Shown here piece by piece: positions 39,839 to 53,800 of a stretch of DNA of 64,000 bases (positions within the stretch are counted from its first letter, which is position 1; every line of letters begins with the position of its first letter). The notes below the pieces were generated by a model that saw only the letters and a program-made list of their open reading frames with translations, searched no databases and was not told the origin of the DNA. The DNA comes from Eledone cirrhosa (Eukaryota). The translations under genes and the position numbers were made by a program. Location: assembly GCA_964016885.1 (NCBI GenBank), contig OZ024747.1, positions 10,292,001 through 10,356,000 on the forward strand. The letters are read 5' to 3'.

Positions 39839-40504
39839 TGTATTTAATTTTTAGAATCCACAATTGGTATCCCACATATATCAGGATTACTGGATATATG
39901 TACAATCATACAAACCGAGATTCATGATTTGATAAATTCGTGGTTCGAATAGAAGAATCCCTAGAGTTTATGGACGTGATTAAAGATAAAAATGATAATT
40001 TAGTACTTTATTTCTAGGCTATAATTCAGCATATATGTACAAATGACATACAGAATTAAATAAGGAGTAACTTTCAAGAAATAACTATTTACAGGGACAA
40101 ATGTAGGTTAGAACCCAGGAACTTATTGGAAAGTGAATTTCTTATTGTAGCAAAATGACTGAGGTAGAAAATGCAGTGTGTGTATGTTTGTGTGTAGATT
40201 TTTAAGTGTTTCAGACGGATCATCATCATCATCACTGTTTTACGTCCGTTCTTCCACGCTAGCATGGGTTAGACGGGTTGTCCTGTTGTGGGCAGTGTCT
40301 GGTCGGCTGACCATGCCTTGCTCATACAGGAACTGATTTGGCTTGATTTCTACAGCTGGATGCCCTTCCTAACACCAACCTCATTTACAGTGAGTGCTGG
40401 GTGCTTTTTTGTGGCGCCTACACGTCCACTTTACAGTGTGGGCTGGGTGCTTTTTTGCCGTGGCACCTCCACGACCACCTTGCGGTGGGTGTGTGGGGGC
40501 ATAT

Positions 40505-40542
<38 letters not shown>

Positions 40543-41159
40543 AGAGAGAGAGAGACATGTGACATATTATTATGGTTGTATGTGAATGATATATTAATTT
40601 AAATAGGTTTTCTAAACTTTCCTACATGTTAAAAATAATAATAATTGCTAGATTCCATAAAAATATAAAATATGAAAAGGTTTTGAGATTAAACTCCAAC
40701 TGAGAAAGTTCTTTGTAAAGAAAAAACTATAAGATTATTGTTTTTTATTTATCAAATGATGATGGCAAATTGACAGAGTTGTTAGAACATCAGATAGAAT
40801 ACTTTGTGATATTTGTTTCAGCTCCCTACTTTCTAGATTCAAATCCTGCTGAGGTCAACTTTGTCTTTCATCCATTTGAGGTCGCTAAAAACAAGTACCA
40901 GTCAAGTACTGGGGTAGATTCTTCCTCTTATATCTCTTTCTTGATTCCATTCTCTTACTCTTTCTATCCTTCTCTGGGGAAATATGTTGTGTTCAGACCT
41001 GGAGAGGATTGAGCTCTGCCAGGTTTTAAAATGCCCTAGAAATGTTGTATGCGATTACTGTGCCCCTGTGACTCCCTCAGGAGTTACAGGACCAAGCATG
41101 CATTTATCTAATGTATAACAATTTCTTTTCAGAAATTAAAAAAAATAATTTTTAGGAAT

Positions 41160-43245
41160 ATGGCAAGCAAGTGACAAAGAAGGCAGTGCTTGAATTTGAA
41201 CAGTGCATCGCAACCAATCCTGACAGTAAGGTGTTCTGGAAATATGTTCATTCAAAGCAGAGACCTCACTCTCCAGTTGGTCCTCTTCGCAATCCCCACA
41301 CAAGCCAGATCACTGACGATCCCAAGGAATGCGCAGAACTCATTGCTGAGTGCTATGCAAGTATTTTTACTGTTGAAAACCAGAATGTACCATCTCCACC
41401 ATCTCTAACATCAAATTCCATAACAACTATGGAATTTACACCTGCAATGTTGCGACGTCACCTTAAGAATAAGCGCAACTATGCCTCCCCTTGTCTTGAT
41501 GGTGTGACATACCTGCTTCTCAAACGTGGCGGGTATTTCCTTTTGCGCCAGCTTTCTTTCTTCTTTCAATACTGTCTCAACAATGGTGCTACTCCGGAGC
41601 AGTGGAAAACTGCCAGTGTCATTCCCCTGTTCAAAAAGGGCAACCGCATGTCACCTGTCAACTATCGTCCAGTCAGTCTTACTAGCTGTATGGCCAAACT
41701 GATGGAATCCTGTGTCAGAGAAACACTTTGGAACTTCTGGAGCTCTCACAGCCTCATCCGGCCCTCACAGTTTGGATTTATCCCTAACTCCAGCTGCTGT
41801 GATCAGCTTATCGAGTTCCTTGAGGACATCACCCGGATCACTGACAGCGGCTCATGGGTGGATGTTGTTTACCTTGACTTTGCTAAGGCTTTTAATTCTG
41901 TGCCACACAAAAGACTTATGGCAAAACTCTCTGCAATGGGTGTGAGGGATGATCTTTTCGACTGGTTGAAATCCTTCATTCTCAGCCGAAAGGAAGTAGT
42001 CACGGTTCTAGGACAGCATTCTTCACCATATGAGATGTCATCTGGTGTACCACAGGGATCTGTTCTTGGTCCTCTTTTGTTTGTGGCATATATTAATGAC
42101 ATAGATGCCAACTTACAGAATGCCACGGTACTAAAATATGCAGATGACATCAAGCTGTACCTTGAAATCAAAAGGACTGATCCTGAAATTTACAACTCTT
42201 TCCTACAATCAGACCTGGACACAATGCAGCAATGGATCACAGACTGGCAACTGAAGCTGGCTGTGGACAAGTGTACCACCATGCATTTTGGAAGGAAAAA
42301 TCCAGCGTCTACATACTCCCTCCACAACACTGATATCAAAAAGTCCTCTTGTGAACGTGACCTGGGCATTACTGTCAGCAACGATTTGCGTTGGACAAAG
42401 CATGTCTCTAAGATTGTCAAGAAGGCCGAGGGTGTCTTGGCATCACTCAGCAAGACCTTTGTTAGCCGCTCTCCAGCCATCTATTTAAAACTGTATACAG
42501 CTATGGTGCGACCACACTTGGAATTCGCATCATCAGTCTGGAACCCCTATCTTGCTCGGAACATTGACCTCCTGGAAACTGTTCAGAGACGTGCAACCAA
42601 GCGCATACCCTCCATCAGACACCTACCATACTCTGAACGCCTTGCTTCCCTGGGCATGGATTCATTGAAGCTCAGACGTCTGGCAATGGACTTGGTGAAT
42701 ACCCACAAAGTTTTTAACCATCTCGCCAATTGCAACCCTGAGCGCCTCTTTGATCTCCATGTGTCTAACACACGTGGACATGCCTACAAGATCAGAAAAC
42801 AGCACAGCTCCCATGACTTTCGTAGACATTTTTTCACGCTCAGAGTTGCTGAAGCATGGAACAAACTGCCTGCGTCAATTGTTAGCTGCCGAGACACTGC
42901 ATCCTTTAAGACACTCATGCTTCCCGAAATACGCCAAAACTACACCTGATGTACCCCTTCCATACACATGCACACGTGTGTATCATGACTCGTGCACTTT
43001 TCATTTTACTGATGTTTGTGCATTGCCCTATGTACTGTACATGCACTTTTTTGATGAGTTGTGGTGCACCTGGGCACTGTACACAATATTTCATTATTGT
43101 TATTGTTATTATATCATGACTCATACACTGTTCATTTTCCTGACATTTGTACATTATTCTATGTACTATACATGCACCTTTGATGAGATGTAGTGCACCT
43201 GAGCACTGTACACAATAATTTCATTATTATTATTATTATTATTAT
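41160..43245 (+). mobile_element. 5'-truncated CR1-clade LINE with uninterrupted RT ORF and (ATT)n tail
   Basis: ORF 41171-42949 plus a 3' UTR with a duplicated terminal motif (GTGCACCTG.GCACTGTACACAAT) and an ATT microsatellite tail. Confidence 0.92.
41171..42949 (+). CDS. CR1-type reverse transcriptase ORF2 fragment (592 aa; no APE endonuclease, starts at GTG)
   Basis: Motifs NYRPVSLTS, QFGF, YLDFAKAFNSVPH, SGVPQGSVLGPLLF, YADD, ERDLG, LYTAMVRPHLE, VQRRATK, TRGH, FFTLRV..WNKLP. Confidence 0.88.
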   Translation: MTKKAVLEFEQCIATNPDSKVFWKYVHSKQRPHSPVGPLRNPHTSQITDDPKECAELIAECYASIFTVENQNVPSPPSLTSNSITTMEFTPAMLRRHLKNKRNYASPCLDGVTYLLLKRGGYFLLRQLSFFFQYCLNNGATPEQWKTASVIPLFKKGNRMSPVNYRPVSLTSCMAKLMESCVRETLWNFWSSHSLIRPSQFGFIPNSSCCDQLIEFLEDITRITDSGSWVDVVYLDFAKAFNSVPHKRLMAKLSAMGVRDDLFDWLKSFILSRKEVVTVLGQHSSPYEMSSGVPQGSVLGPLLFVAYINDIDANLQNATVLKYADDIKLYLEIKRTDPEIYNSFLQSDLDTMQQWITDWQLKLAVDKCTTMHFGRKNPASTYSLHNTDIKKSSCERDLGITVSNDLRWTKHVSKIVKKAEGVLASLSKTFVSRSPAIYLKLYTAMVRPHLEFASSVWNPYLARNIDLLETVQRRATKRIPSIRHLPYSERLASLGMDSLKLRRLAMDLVNTHKVFNHLANCNPERLFDLHVSNTRGHAYKIRKQHSSHDFRRHFFTLRVAEAWNKLPASIVSCRDTASFKTLMLPEIRQNYT

Positions 43246-43689
43246 CATCATTATTATCTTTTAGTCAAATAATTTTGCTGCTGAAAAATGGTTTGTTCCT
43301 TACTGAAGTTCTATATAGTCTGCTAAATATATATGCCAACTTTAAGTACAAAATCACTGGCTTGTGATAGTGGAAAATAAGGACCAGGTGTAGCTGGCTT
43401 TATGGAAACTTGTTCACTGGCAATCACAAAGAACGTGGTAGACCACCTCAGGGAGGACTGAGTGCTTTATATCGTGTCTCCACCACTACCACTTTACAGG
43501 GTGGACTGGGTGATTTTCATCATGGCACCATTACCACCATCTTACAGGTCGATTAAGAGTTTTTTATCATAGCACCAGCACTACAACCATACAGTGGACT
43601 GGGTGCTTTTTATTGTGGCACCAGCACTACCACGTTACGCAGTGAACTGGGTACATTTTATTATGTCACCAACACTACCACTTTAGAAT

Positions 43690-44490
43690 TAAATCAACCT
43701 CAGTGTGTTACTGGTATATTGTCTGTAAGGATGAAAGGCAAAGCTAACCTTGGTGGGAATTGAACTCACAACATAAACCATGTTGTCAGACACTCTACCA
43801 AATAATTGTTTCTACTTTTGGCACAAGGCCAGCAATTACCCAGTACATTACTGGTACTTTATTTTATCGACCCCGTAAGGATGAAAGACAAAGTTAACCT
43901 CAGTGGGATTTGAACTCAGAATGGCAAGGGCCGTACTCATGCGTCAAAGTATTCTGTCTGACCCTCTACCGATACTGCCAATCCACAATGATGGTGATGA
44001 TAATAATGGTTTTTGATATAGGCACAAGGCCAACAATTTCGGAGAATGGAAAAGTCAATTAAATCGATCCCAGTGTATTACTGGTACTTTATTTTATCGA
44101 CCTCATAAGGATGAAAGGCAAAGCTAACCTCGGCAGAATTTAAACTCAGAACGCCAAGGGTCGTAACTCTATGCCATGCAGCATGTTGTCTGATGCTCTA
44201 CTGACTCTGCCAATCCAATAATGGTTTCTAATTTTGGCAGAGAAGAGTGATGGGCTTCACCAGGTTTATACCAAGACATGAGACAGAACAGGTTTATAAT
44301 GACCATATGACTTCATCATGAGTTAAGGGTTCTTTACTCTCATTTAAGGCCCAGAGTCAACAGCTTTTTGGGGGAAGAGGGGAAAGTTAATTAAATCGAC
44401 CCCAGTATGTGACTGGTACTTATTTTATCGACCATGGAATGATGACAGGTAAAGTTGGCCTTGATGGGATCTGAACTGAGAACCTCAAGA
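43690..44490 (-). mobile_element. Head-to-tail cluster of four SINE copies just downstream of ARMH3
   Basis: Four occurrences of the ACTGGTA..GATGAAAGGCAAAG..ACCT..GGATTTGAACTCAGAA-type module. Confidence 0.7.
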
Positions 44491-44823
44491 AACAACAATA
44501 ATAAAATAAGAATGAAAAAGAACAATAAAAAATTAATTGCATTTATTGTATATAATTTGTAGACATATTTATTTAAAATTTACATGGGGGTGGGGGAAGG
44601 GGTGAACGGGGGAGGAAAAAGAAAGACAGACAGACAGCAGGGAAAGTCTGTAAATATACATCTGCTGCCAAAGTCCAAATTATGTTGAAATACGAGAGAG
44701 GTTAACGAGAAATAAATAATTTAATTTCAATAATAACTGGTCAGAAGGAAGTTAGCAGTCCCCCTCCCCTAATACAAACAATGGCAATAGCGGGACTTTG
44801 TTTGCTGAGTGAAAGACAGGACA

Positions 44824-47800
44824 TCAGGATATCATTGGATATTGGTAAAGAAGGTTCTCTTGTTGTATTGGGGCTAGATTGGTTCCACTCTTGCGGACGT
44901 CACACGTGATTGAACGGATCTGGAATATTTGGAAAAATAGGATTAAGATCAAAGAAAAATGGTGTTTAACAAGAGAGAGAGAGGCAGTGACAGTGGGAGT
45001 TTGGTTCTTGTGTTCGGACCTGGTATATATGTGTATATAGCTGTATAAAAAAGTGCAGGGCAATGAAAATTGACGGAAGCTGCGGAGTGGGTAGACCAAG
45101 AAAAACCTGGGACGAGGTGATAAAAATTGACCGTGCTCACTTACACCTCTCGAAGACAATGACACTGGATCAAGACCTTTGACACCATGCAGTTGTACAG
45201 AAGACCCGACTACCATCGCATACAAACCTACAGTCAGTAGGCACCTCTTAAATCAATGTACACCCCACCCCATCCTCCTTCTCCCATTCTGTCCACTGTG
45301 TTGATGACAACAGTCCACACTGTAAGGTGGCCGTGTAGGAGACAGTGAAAAGGCTCCCAGTCCACACTGTAAATGTAATTGGTGTTAGGAAGGGCATCCA
45401 GCTGTAAAAAAAACCTGCCAGAGACGCTTCTGTGTGAGCGAGACATGGTCTCCCGACCATTCCTGCATCAAATGGAACAAAACCGTCTAACCCATGCTGG
45501 CGTGGAAGATGGACTTAAACGATGATGATGATGATGACCACACCACACATTTTATGATAGTAAATAACAGACAAATGTGTACTTCCTTTTTTAAGATGGT
45601 AGGAGGGTGAGATATGAAGATTTATGTAAAGAAAGACAGTAGTGAGTTACTTACAAGTTGTGTGAAGAAACCAGCTTCCCGGGGTTTCTCTGAATATCTG
45701 TCAAACTGATCCAAACTGTCTTGTAACTTCAGTGTGAGAGTATCATAGTTACTTTGGACCACTTCTAATACCTACAATGAGGAGACAATAGCAACTGGCT
45801 AATAGAAGTCTTACTTTATTTAAACAATTTAAACATGCGTATAGAGCTAGTAAGCCATGACAGACTAGGGGAAGTATCTAGTACTTCTTACAGTTGATAA
45901 CAAATTAATTTAAACATCCCTATAGAGCTAGTAGTTTACTTGCTGTTGTTTTCATAGTAATAGTCGTATTGTAGCAGCAGTAGTAGTAGTAGTAATAATA
46001 ATAATAGTATCGGCATAGCTAAGAAGTTTGCTCCGCAATCATTAGTTCCTGGGTTCAATTCTACTGTGTGATATTTGGTATTTTGGGCATCATTTGTCAT
46101 CGACTTAGGTTGACCCATACGTTTTCAGTAACATTTAGTAGATGGACGTTTGAAGGCTCCAAATTGAGTTCTGTCCAATGTCCTAACATTTATCGGTTCT
46201 ACAGACATCTTTCCTAGCAAAGAAATAATGAAAATAACAGAGCTCTTACTTGTTTCTCTGTGAGGGACGACAAATGGTTCTGTGCAGCCCAAGAATCCAC
46301 TTTAGGGGAGAAATGGTTTATTATGGCTCTGAAAGACAAATAATATACCAATATCAATATCAGATGCACACAAACAAATGATGCATATCTCTCTCTCTCT
46401 ATATATATATATATAAATATATATAAATATATATATCTATATATATATCATCATCATCGTTTAACGTCCGTGTTCCACGCTTGCATGGGTTTGGAATATA
46501 AATATATATATATAAATATATATCTATATATATATATAAATATCTATATCTATATATATATAAATATATATATCTATATCTATATATATATATATATATA
46601 TCTATATATATAGATATATCTATATAGATATATCTATATCTCTATATATATATCTATATCTATATATAATATATATATATATATAGAGATATAGATATAT
46701 ATATGTGTGTGTGATGACCCATACAACAGTTGCTAGCAAGGAAAATGGACATTAAATAATGATGACAGTGATGATGATGATGGTGGTGACAATGATGATG
46801 ATGGTGATGATGACAATGATGATGACAATGACAGTGATGATGATGGTGATGACAATGACAGTGATGATGATGACAGTGATGGTGATGACAGTGATGGTGA
46901 TGACAACGATGATGATGACAGACAGTGAAGTTACCTGATATTTCCGAGGTGGTTCTTCAATTTAGCAGCAGAATCTTTCCATTCTCCTTCATTGGTGGTA
47001 TACCTCAGAGCTGGGTAAGAGAAACCATAGAAGAATTAGTTGACAATTATTGTGGTAGTAGGAATATTCCAAACATCAGCTTCGTTAATTATCCCCTTCG
47101 AGGCATGTGGCCTAATGGTAAGTGTGTTGGACTTATGATCATAATGTCGTGGGTTTGATTCCTGGACTGGGCTGTGTGTTGTGTTCTTGAGCAAAACACT
47201 TTGTTTCGTGTTGCTCCCGTATACTCAGCCGAAGATGAATACCAGTAATACCTGCGGGTTTAACCCTGCGATTGACTGGCGTCCTGTCCAGGGGAAGTGT
47301 GGTACTCTCAGTTGCTTCACACCATGGAAACTGGGATAAACACCGGCCTGATAAGTTTCTGGGCTTGAGACAGACTTTAACCCTGTGATGGACTGGCGTC
47401 TTGTCCAGGGGGAGTCTTGTACTCTTAGCCAGATGAGCCTCCAGGCTTGAGACAGACTTTAGAATTAGTTATCTCATTACACTCTTCAACTTTTTAAAAC
47501 TAATTGATACACATTGGCTGTATATTTCACTAGAGATATAGTAACAGTGTTATATAGGCTGTATATTTCACTAGAGATATAGTAACAGTGTTATATAGGC
47601 TGTATATTTCACTAGAGATATAGTAACAGTGTTATATAGGCTGTATATTTCACTAGAGATATAGTAACAGTGTTATATAGGCTGTATATTTCACTAGAGA
47701 TCTGGTAACAGTGTTACATAGGCTGTATATTTCACTAGAGATATAGTAACAGTGTTATATAGGCTGTATATTTCACTAGAGATATAGTAACAGTGTTATA

Positions 47801-50800
47801 TAGGCTGTATATTTCACTAGAGATATAGTAACAGTGTTATATAGGCTGTATATTTCACTAGAGATATAGTAACAGTGTTATATAGGCTGTGTATTTCACT
47901 AGAGATATGGTAACAGTGTTATATAGGCTGTATATTTCACTAGAGATATAGTAACAGTATTACATAGGTTGTGTATTTCACTAGAGATATAGTAACAGTG
48001 TTATATAGGCTGTATATTTCACTAGAGATATAGTAACAGTGTTACATAGGCTGTATATTTCACTAGAGATATGGTAACAGTGTTACATAGGCTGTGTATT
48101 TCACTAGAGATATGGTAATAAGCAATGAACCAAGTAAACAACTTACCCATAGAATAAACATTGTCAAAGACTTGGTGCATTCGAATGATTTCATAGTAAA
48201 GCTCATCATAACTAGTTGGATTAGGTAAGAATGTGTCACCATAGGTGATAAACAAGTTGAAGATATTGACAACCTGTATGGAATAAAACAATAAACATTT
48301 TGATATCAGCATAAGATAATTTTAATATGAGCACAAAATAATTTTGATATGAATATGAAAAAAATTTGACATGGGAACAAGATGAGTGATACACATTTAA
48401 GTATGAGTCCAAGATAATAATGAAAATTATTGTGTACAGTGCTCAGGCACACTACAACTCATCAAAGGTGCATGTATAGTAATAGAATAATATACAAATG
48501 TCAGGAAAGTGAACAGTGTATGATAATTTGGATATGAGCAGTAAATACTTTAATATGAGCCCTGGATTGGTAGAATGAAGAGAGAATGAAAAGAGAGAGA
48601 GAATATGAGAGAGAGAGAGTATGAGTGAGAGAGAGAATGAGTGAGAGAGAGAGTATGAGTGAGAGAGAGAATGAGTGAGAGAGAGAGTATGAGTGAGAGA
48701 GAGAGTATGAGTGAGAGAGAGAATGAGTGAGCGAGAGAATGAGTGAGCGAGAGAATGAGTGAGCGAGAGAATGAGTGAGCGAGAGAGTGTGAGCGAGAGA
48801 GTGTGAGTGAGAGAGAATGAGTGAGAGAGAGAATGAAAAGAGACAGAGTATGAGTGAGAGAGAGAATGAGTGAGAGAGAGTGTGAGTGAGAGAGAGAATG
48901 AAAAGAGAGAGAGTATGAGTGAGAGAGAGAGTGTGAGTGAGAGAGAGAATGAAAAGAGACAGAGTGTGAGTGCGAGAGAGAATGAAAAGAGAGAGAGTAT
49001 GAGTGAGAGAGAGAATGAGTGAGAGAGAGAGTGTGAGTGAGAGAGAGAATGAGTGGGAGAGAGAGTGTGAGTGAGAGAGAGAATGAAAAGAGAGAGAGTG
49101 TGAGTGAGAGAGAGAATGAAAAGAGAGAGTGTGAGTGAGAATGCTAAACATGAAATTAACAGCTAAAATTATATTTTCTTTCTATGATGATGATGATGAT
49201 GATGATGTGGTAATTTCATTTGTGTCTGTTTATAAAAATGAAAGTATTTCTCCAACTCACTTTCGAAGCAACATGAAATATGTTGTGTTTCTTCACCAAA
49301 TAGGATTCATGACTGAGAACAAACTTGAGTAGATTCATTAATGCTGGGAATTAAAGAGAAACAACAACGAATGTAATTAATTTAAAGGTGGTGTTAGTCA
49401 TGTGACATGTTATTCTTTTTTACCTGTAATTCTGAACTGGTTGTTGCTGTTGTTTAACCTCAGCTCAGCACTGATTCAACAAACCTATAATCAGAGGTAT
49501 TTCTGCCATGACCACCCAACATTTTTTTCTATATGCAAAGAATCCAGGATCACGTTATTTAGCATGTCCTTTTCATTTGGGGGAGATTTGGCTGCTATTT
49601 CTAGCAAGTTTTAGGCTCCTGCATTGGTTATTTCTTGACCGGTGGTGTTATTTAGTAGACAGTAGTGGTGAGTGTATGCGTTGGTATGGGCTGGACAAGT
49701 TGCTAGGGTCCAAGTCAGTACTTATGTGGAGATACTGCACTATTAGATGAGTCAGAGGACCATGCCCAGCTCATACATTCTAATTCTTGGTATGGTTTCT
49801 ATGGCTGGATGTCCTTCCTAACACCAACCACTTTACCGAGTGTACTGAGTGTACTCTGTCATGGCAGCAGCACTTGTCATGTCCTCAACAATACTAAAGA
49901 CCTCACTTTGTTGTTATTTGGACATCAACCATTCTATAGAGTGTGGCCTCAACACTTTAACAATATTATCCCACCATCCCAACCATACTTTCTAAAAACT
50001 GAACAACCAATCACATTCCATTCCTTACCAGTCCAAAGATCTTTCCAGGAATATTGTAAGCGCACTCGGCATTTCTTTTGGTAACACAGTACTCGATGAA
50101 TGATTCCCAAGCAGCGCCTGTTGATTGAATAAAATTTAATTAGAGAGAGAAAAAGAGAAAGATTTCTTATGTCAGTCATGTTGCTACAATAAGAAGTTCA
50201 CTTTCCAACCACAAGTTCCTGGGTTATAATCCTACATTTGTCTCAGTAAATAGTTAATTCTCCTAAATTACTCCTACATTTAACCCTGTATGTTGTTTGT
50301 ACATATATACTGAATATTTATGTATAATTATATCCTAGAAATAGATTATTAAAATATCCTCCTTATCTTTAATCACTTCCACTGGTCAGTAATCAACATA
50401 AACTATAGGGTTTCTCTTATGTAAACTATTAATTTATCAAAACGTCAATTTCTCAGTTTATATGATTGTTCATATATTCAGTAATCCTGGTATATATGGT
50501 ATACGAATCCTGGACTCCAAAAATTAAATACATTCAATGTTATTACCGTCATTATTGACGGCACTGGTCTACTGGTAAATAAATAAATGACAAATATTTA
50601 CAGGTGTAATAAATATTTACAGGTGTAATAGATACTTACAGGTGTAATTCTGAAGGAAAGTTCTTCATTAAATGACATAGAATAAATTCCACCATCAGAT
50701 CTGGAAAGAGATTTCACAGTAAATTACATTGGTTCTAATCCAAAAGTTATTTTAGACTAGGTACTGAATGAAGGCATGTCCCTTAAGGGTTAAAGTGTTG

Positions 50801-53800
50801 AGTTCCCAATCATAAGGTTGTGGGATTTGATTCCCAGACCAGGTGATCATTTTACAGTAAATGTCATTGGCTTAAATCCAAAACATTTATTTTAGACAGG
50901 GCACAAAATGAAGGGTTAGGGTATTGAGCTGATGGTCATAAGGTTGTGGGTTTAATTCCCAGATCAAGTGACTCATTATATTCTTGGGCAAGGCATTTCA
51001 ATTCACATTGCTTCAGTTCATTCAATGAGTACCAGTGGCTGGTGGGGAGTTAAATCTGTGATAGACTAGCATTCCATCCAGGGTGGAAGGAAATTTTCTA
51101 TTCTCAGTCATTTAATACTTATGAAACTGGGATAAACTCTAGGCTTCATCTAATCTGTACAAGTATAGAAATAGGGAAACAAAACAACAATTCTACTACA
51201 CAGGGACAATTCTTATAAAGAAGGGAGTAAAATGAATCAACAACAGCTGTCAATAGCACCACCACCACCGCTGCTGCCACCACCACCACCACCGACCTCG
51301 GTTTAAAGAGAAACTACAACACAACAAAAATAAGATAACTTACCAAGAAGTGCACAGACCAACGGACGGCACAGAGGGAACTGATCAACATTAACCTTTC
51401 GATGTCGCATTGGCTGTAAAACAACAGGGTAAAGACTGTAGAGTTTGATAGAGAGGTGGGTTATAGAGGTTATATACTGTGTAACACAATGAAAAAAATC
51501 AATAAATATACCATGAAACTCACCATTCTGTGCAGTGGGACACGAAATGTCATATTATTATCGGTCATTAAGGAATTGGCATACTGATCCTGGAATCACA
51601 AGGAAATTTAACAATGTTAACATATATAGACATATAAGCCCCTAAAGATGGAGATATAGGGGGTATAAGCCCTTAAAGATAGAGGTATGGGCTGTATAAG
51701 CCCTTAAAGATATAGAGATATGGGGTGTCATTTTCCCTACTAAAGCAGGGGTTAGCCTTGTGGGCCCCATGACAGGCTTTATAATCATTGTAGGGTCCTT
51801 TTTGAGGAAATATTTTACAGTCAGATGGCCTTGCCAACCATTTTACTCACCTTTCACACCATGCAGGGATATGGTGTATATAATACTGTGAGTGTATGGT
51901 GTATATAATACTGTGAGTGTATGGTGTATATAATACTGTGAGTGTATGGTGTATATAATACTGTGAGTGTATGGTGTATATAATACTGTGAGTGTATGGT
52001 GTATATAATACTGTGAGTGTATGGTGTATATAATACTGTGAATATAATACTGTGAGTGTATGGTGTATATAATATTGTGAGTGTATGGTGTATATAATAC
52101 TGTGAGTGTATGGTGTATATAATACTGTAAGTGTATGGTGTATATAATACTGTGAGTATATGGTGTATATAGTACTGTGAGTGTATGGTGTATATAATAC
52201 TGTGAGTATATGGTGTATATAATACTGTGAGTGTATGGTGTATATAGTACTGTGAGTGTATAGTATTTATAATATTTTGAGTATATGGTGTATATAGTAC
52301 TGTGAGTATATGGTGTATATAGTACTGTGAGTGTATAGTATATATAATATTTTGTGTATATGGTGTATATAGTACTGTGAGTATATGGTGTATATAGTAC
52401 TGTGAGTATATGGTGTATATAATATTGTGAGTATATGGTGTATATAGTACTGTGAGTGTATGGTGTATATAATACTGTAAGTGTATGGTGTATATAATAC
52501 TGTGAGTATATGGTGTATATAGTACTGTGAGTATATGGTGTATATAGTACTGTGAGTGTATAGTATATATAATATTTTGAGTATATTTGACAATCACATA
52601 GATTTTATCTTTTACAAAAGGAATGAAAGTCTGATATATTTATATGAAGATTAATCTAGTAAATATTAGTTGATATAACAGAATATATCTTAAAAAGAGG
52701 TGCTCCAGCATGGCCATAGTCAATGACTGAATCCTTTCTTGAATTTTCTTTGTGTATTTGCTACACATACATATATGGACACACACACACAGTGTTTCAT
52801 GAACCGTCATGCTGAGAGGGTTAGGGTTAGGCTCACAGGCCCCATTGAGTGTGAAACAAGCTTAGTGAGAGTTAGGGTTAAGCTCACAGGCCTGTTTGAG
52901 TGTGAAACAGGCCTAGTGAGGGTTAGGGTCAAGGCCTCATTGAGTGTGAAACAGGCTTAGTGAGGGTTAGGGTCAAGGCCTCATTGAGTGTGAAACAGGC
53001 TTAGTGAGGGTTAGGGTCAAGGTCACAGGCCCCATTGAGTGTGAAATAGGTTTAGTTAGGGTTAGGGTCAAGGTTAGGGTTAGGCTCACAGGCATAGTTT
53101 TACCACAGCCCCTACTTACCTCCGCAATGCAGTTGAGTATTATTAAACATAGTTTAGCATTGTTATATCTGGTTTCATCTGGAATAAACATAAACACAGA
53201 GAATCTCAAATACAGTTTAAAACAAGAAATAACCTCATTTGGACCTACTTTATAAACATTACAAAACAACAACAGCTGCCACCACACCTCGATAACCATC
53301 ACCATCATCATTGTTTAAATCATTAGCATTTAAACCGGCCATATCCGGCCAGAACTGTCTCACTTCTGTTCAAACCGGTTGTAACCAGCTCATACTGACG
53401 TTAAGGTATTGTTCTCAAAATAAATGATAACAATAGAACTGTAGATTGTAGGAATAAAAGTTACCTTTTGTATCCTGCATAACAATAGAACTGTATTCTA
53501 GAAATGTGACCAACAAATTGGTTGGTTGTTTCGTTGGTTCATCTGGATTTAATGTGGCATCTGAAACTGGAGATAGTAACATGTGGTGTAATGTAGTATC
53601 TGGGAGAATATAGTAACATGTGGTCGAGTTGTGTGATGTAGAACAGTAAGGTGTGGTGTAATGTAGCATCTGGGAGGGGACAATAACATGTGGTGTAATG
53701 TAGTATCTGGGAGAATATAGTGACATGTGGTCGAGTTGTGTGATGTAGAACAGTAAGGTGTGGTGTAATGTAGCATCTGGGAGGGGACAATAACATGTGG

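Noticed and set aside
41003-41023. Telomerase RNA P6.1-like AGAG-loop-CUCUGCCAG
   Set aside because: No P6 arm, no CUAACCCUAA template and no pseudoknot upstream.
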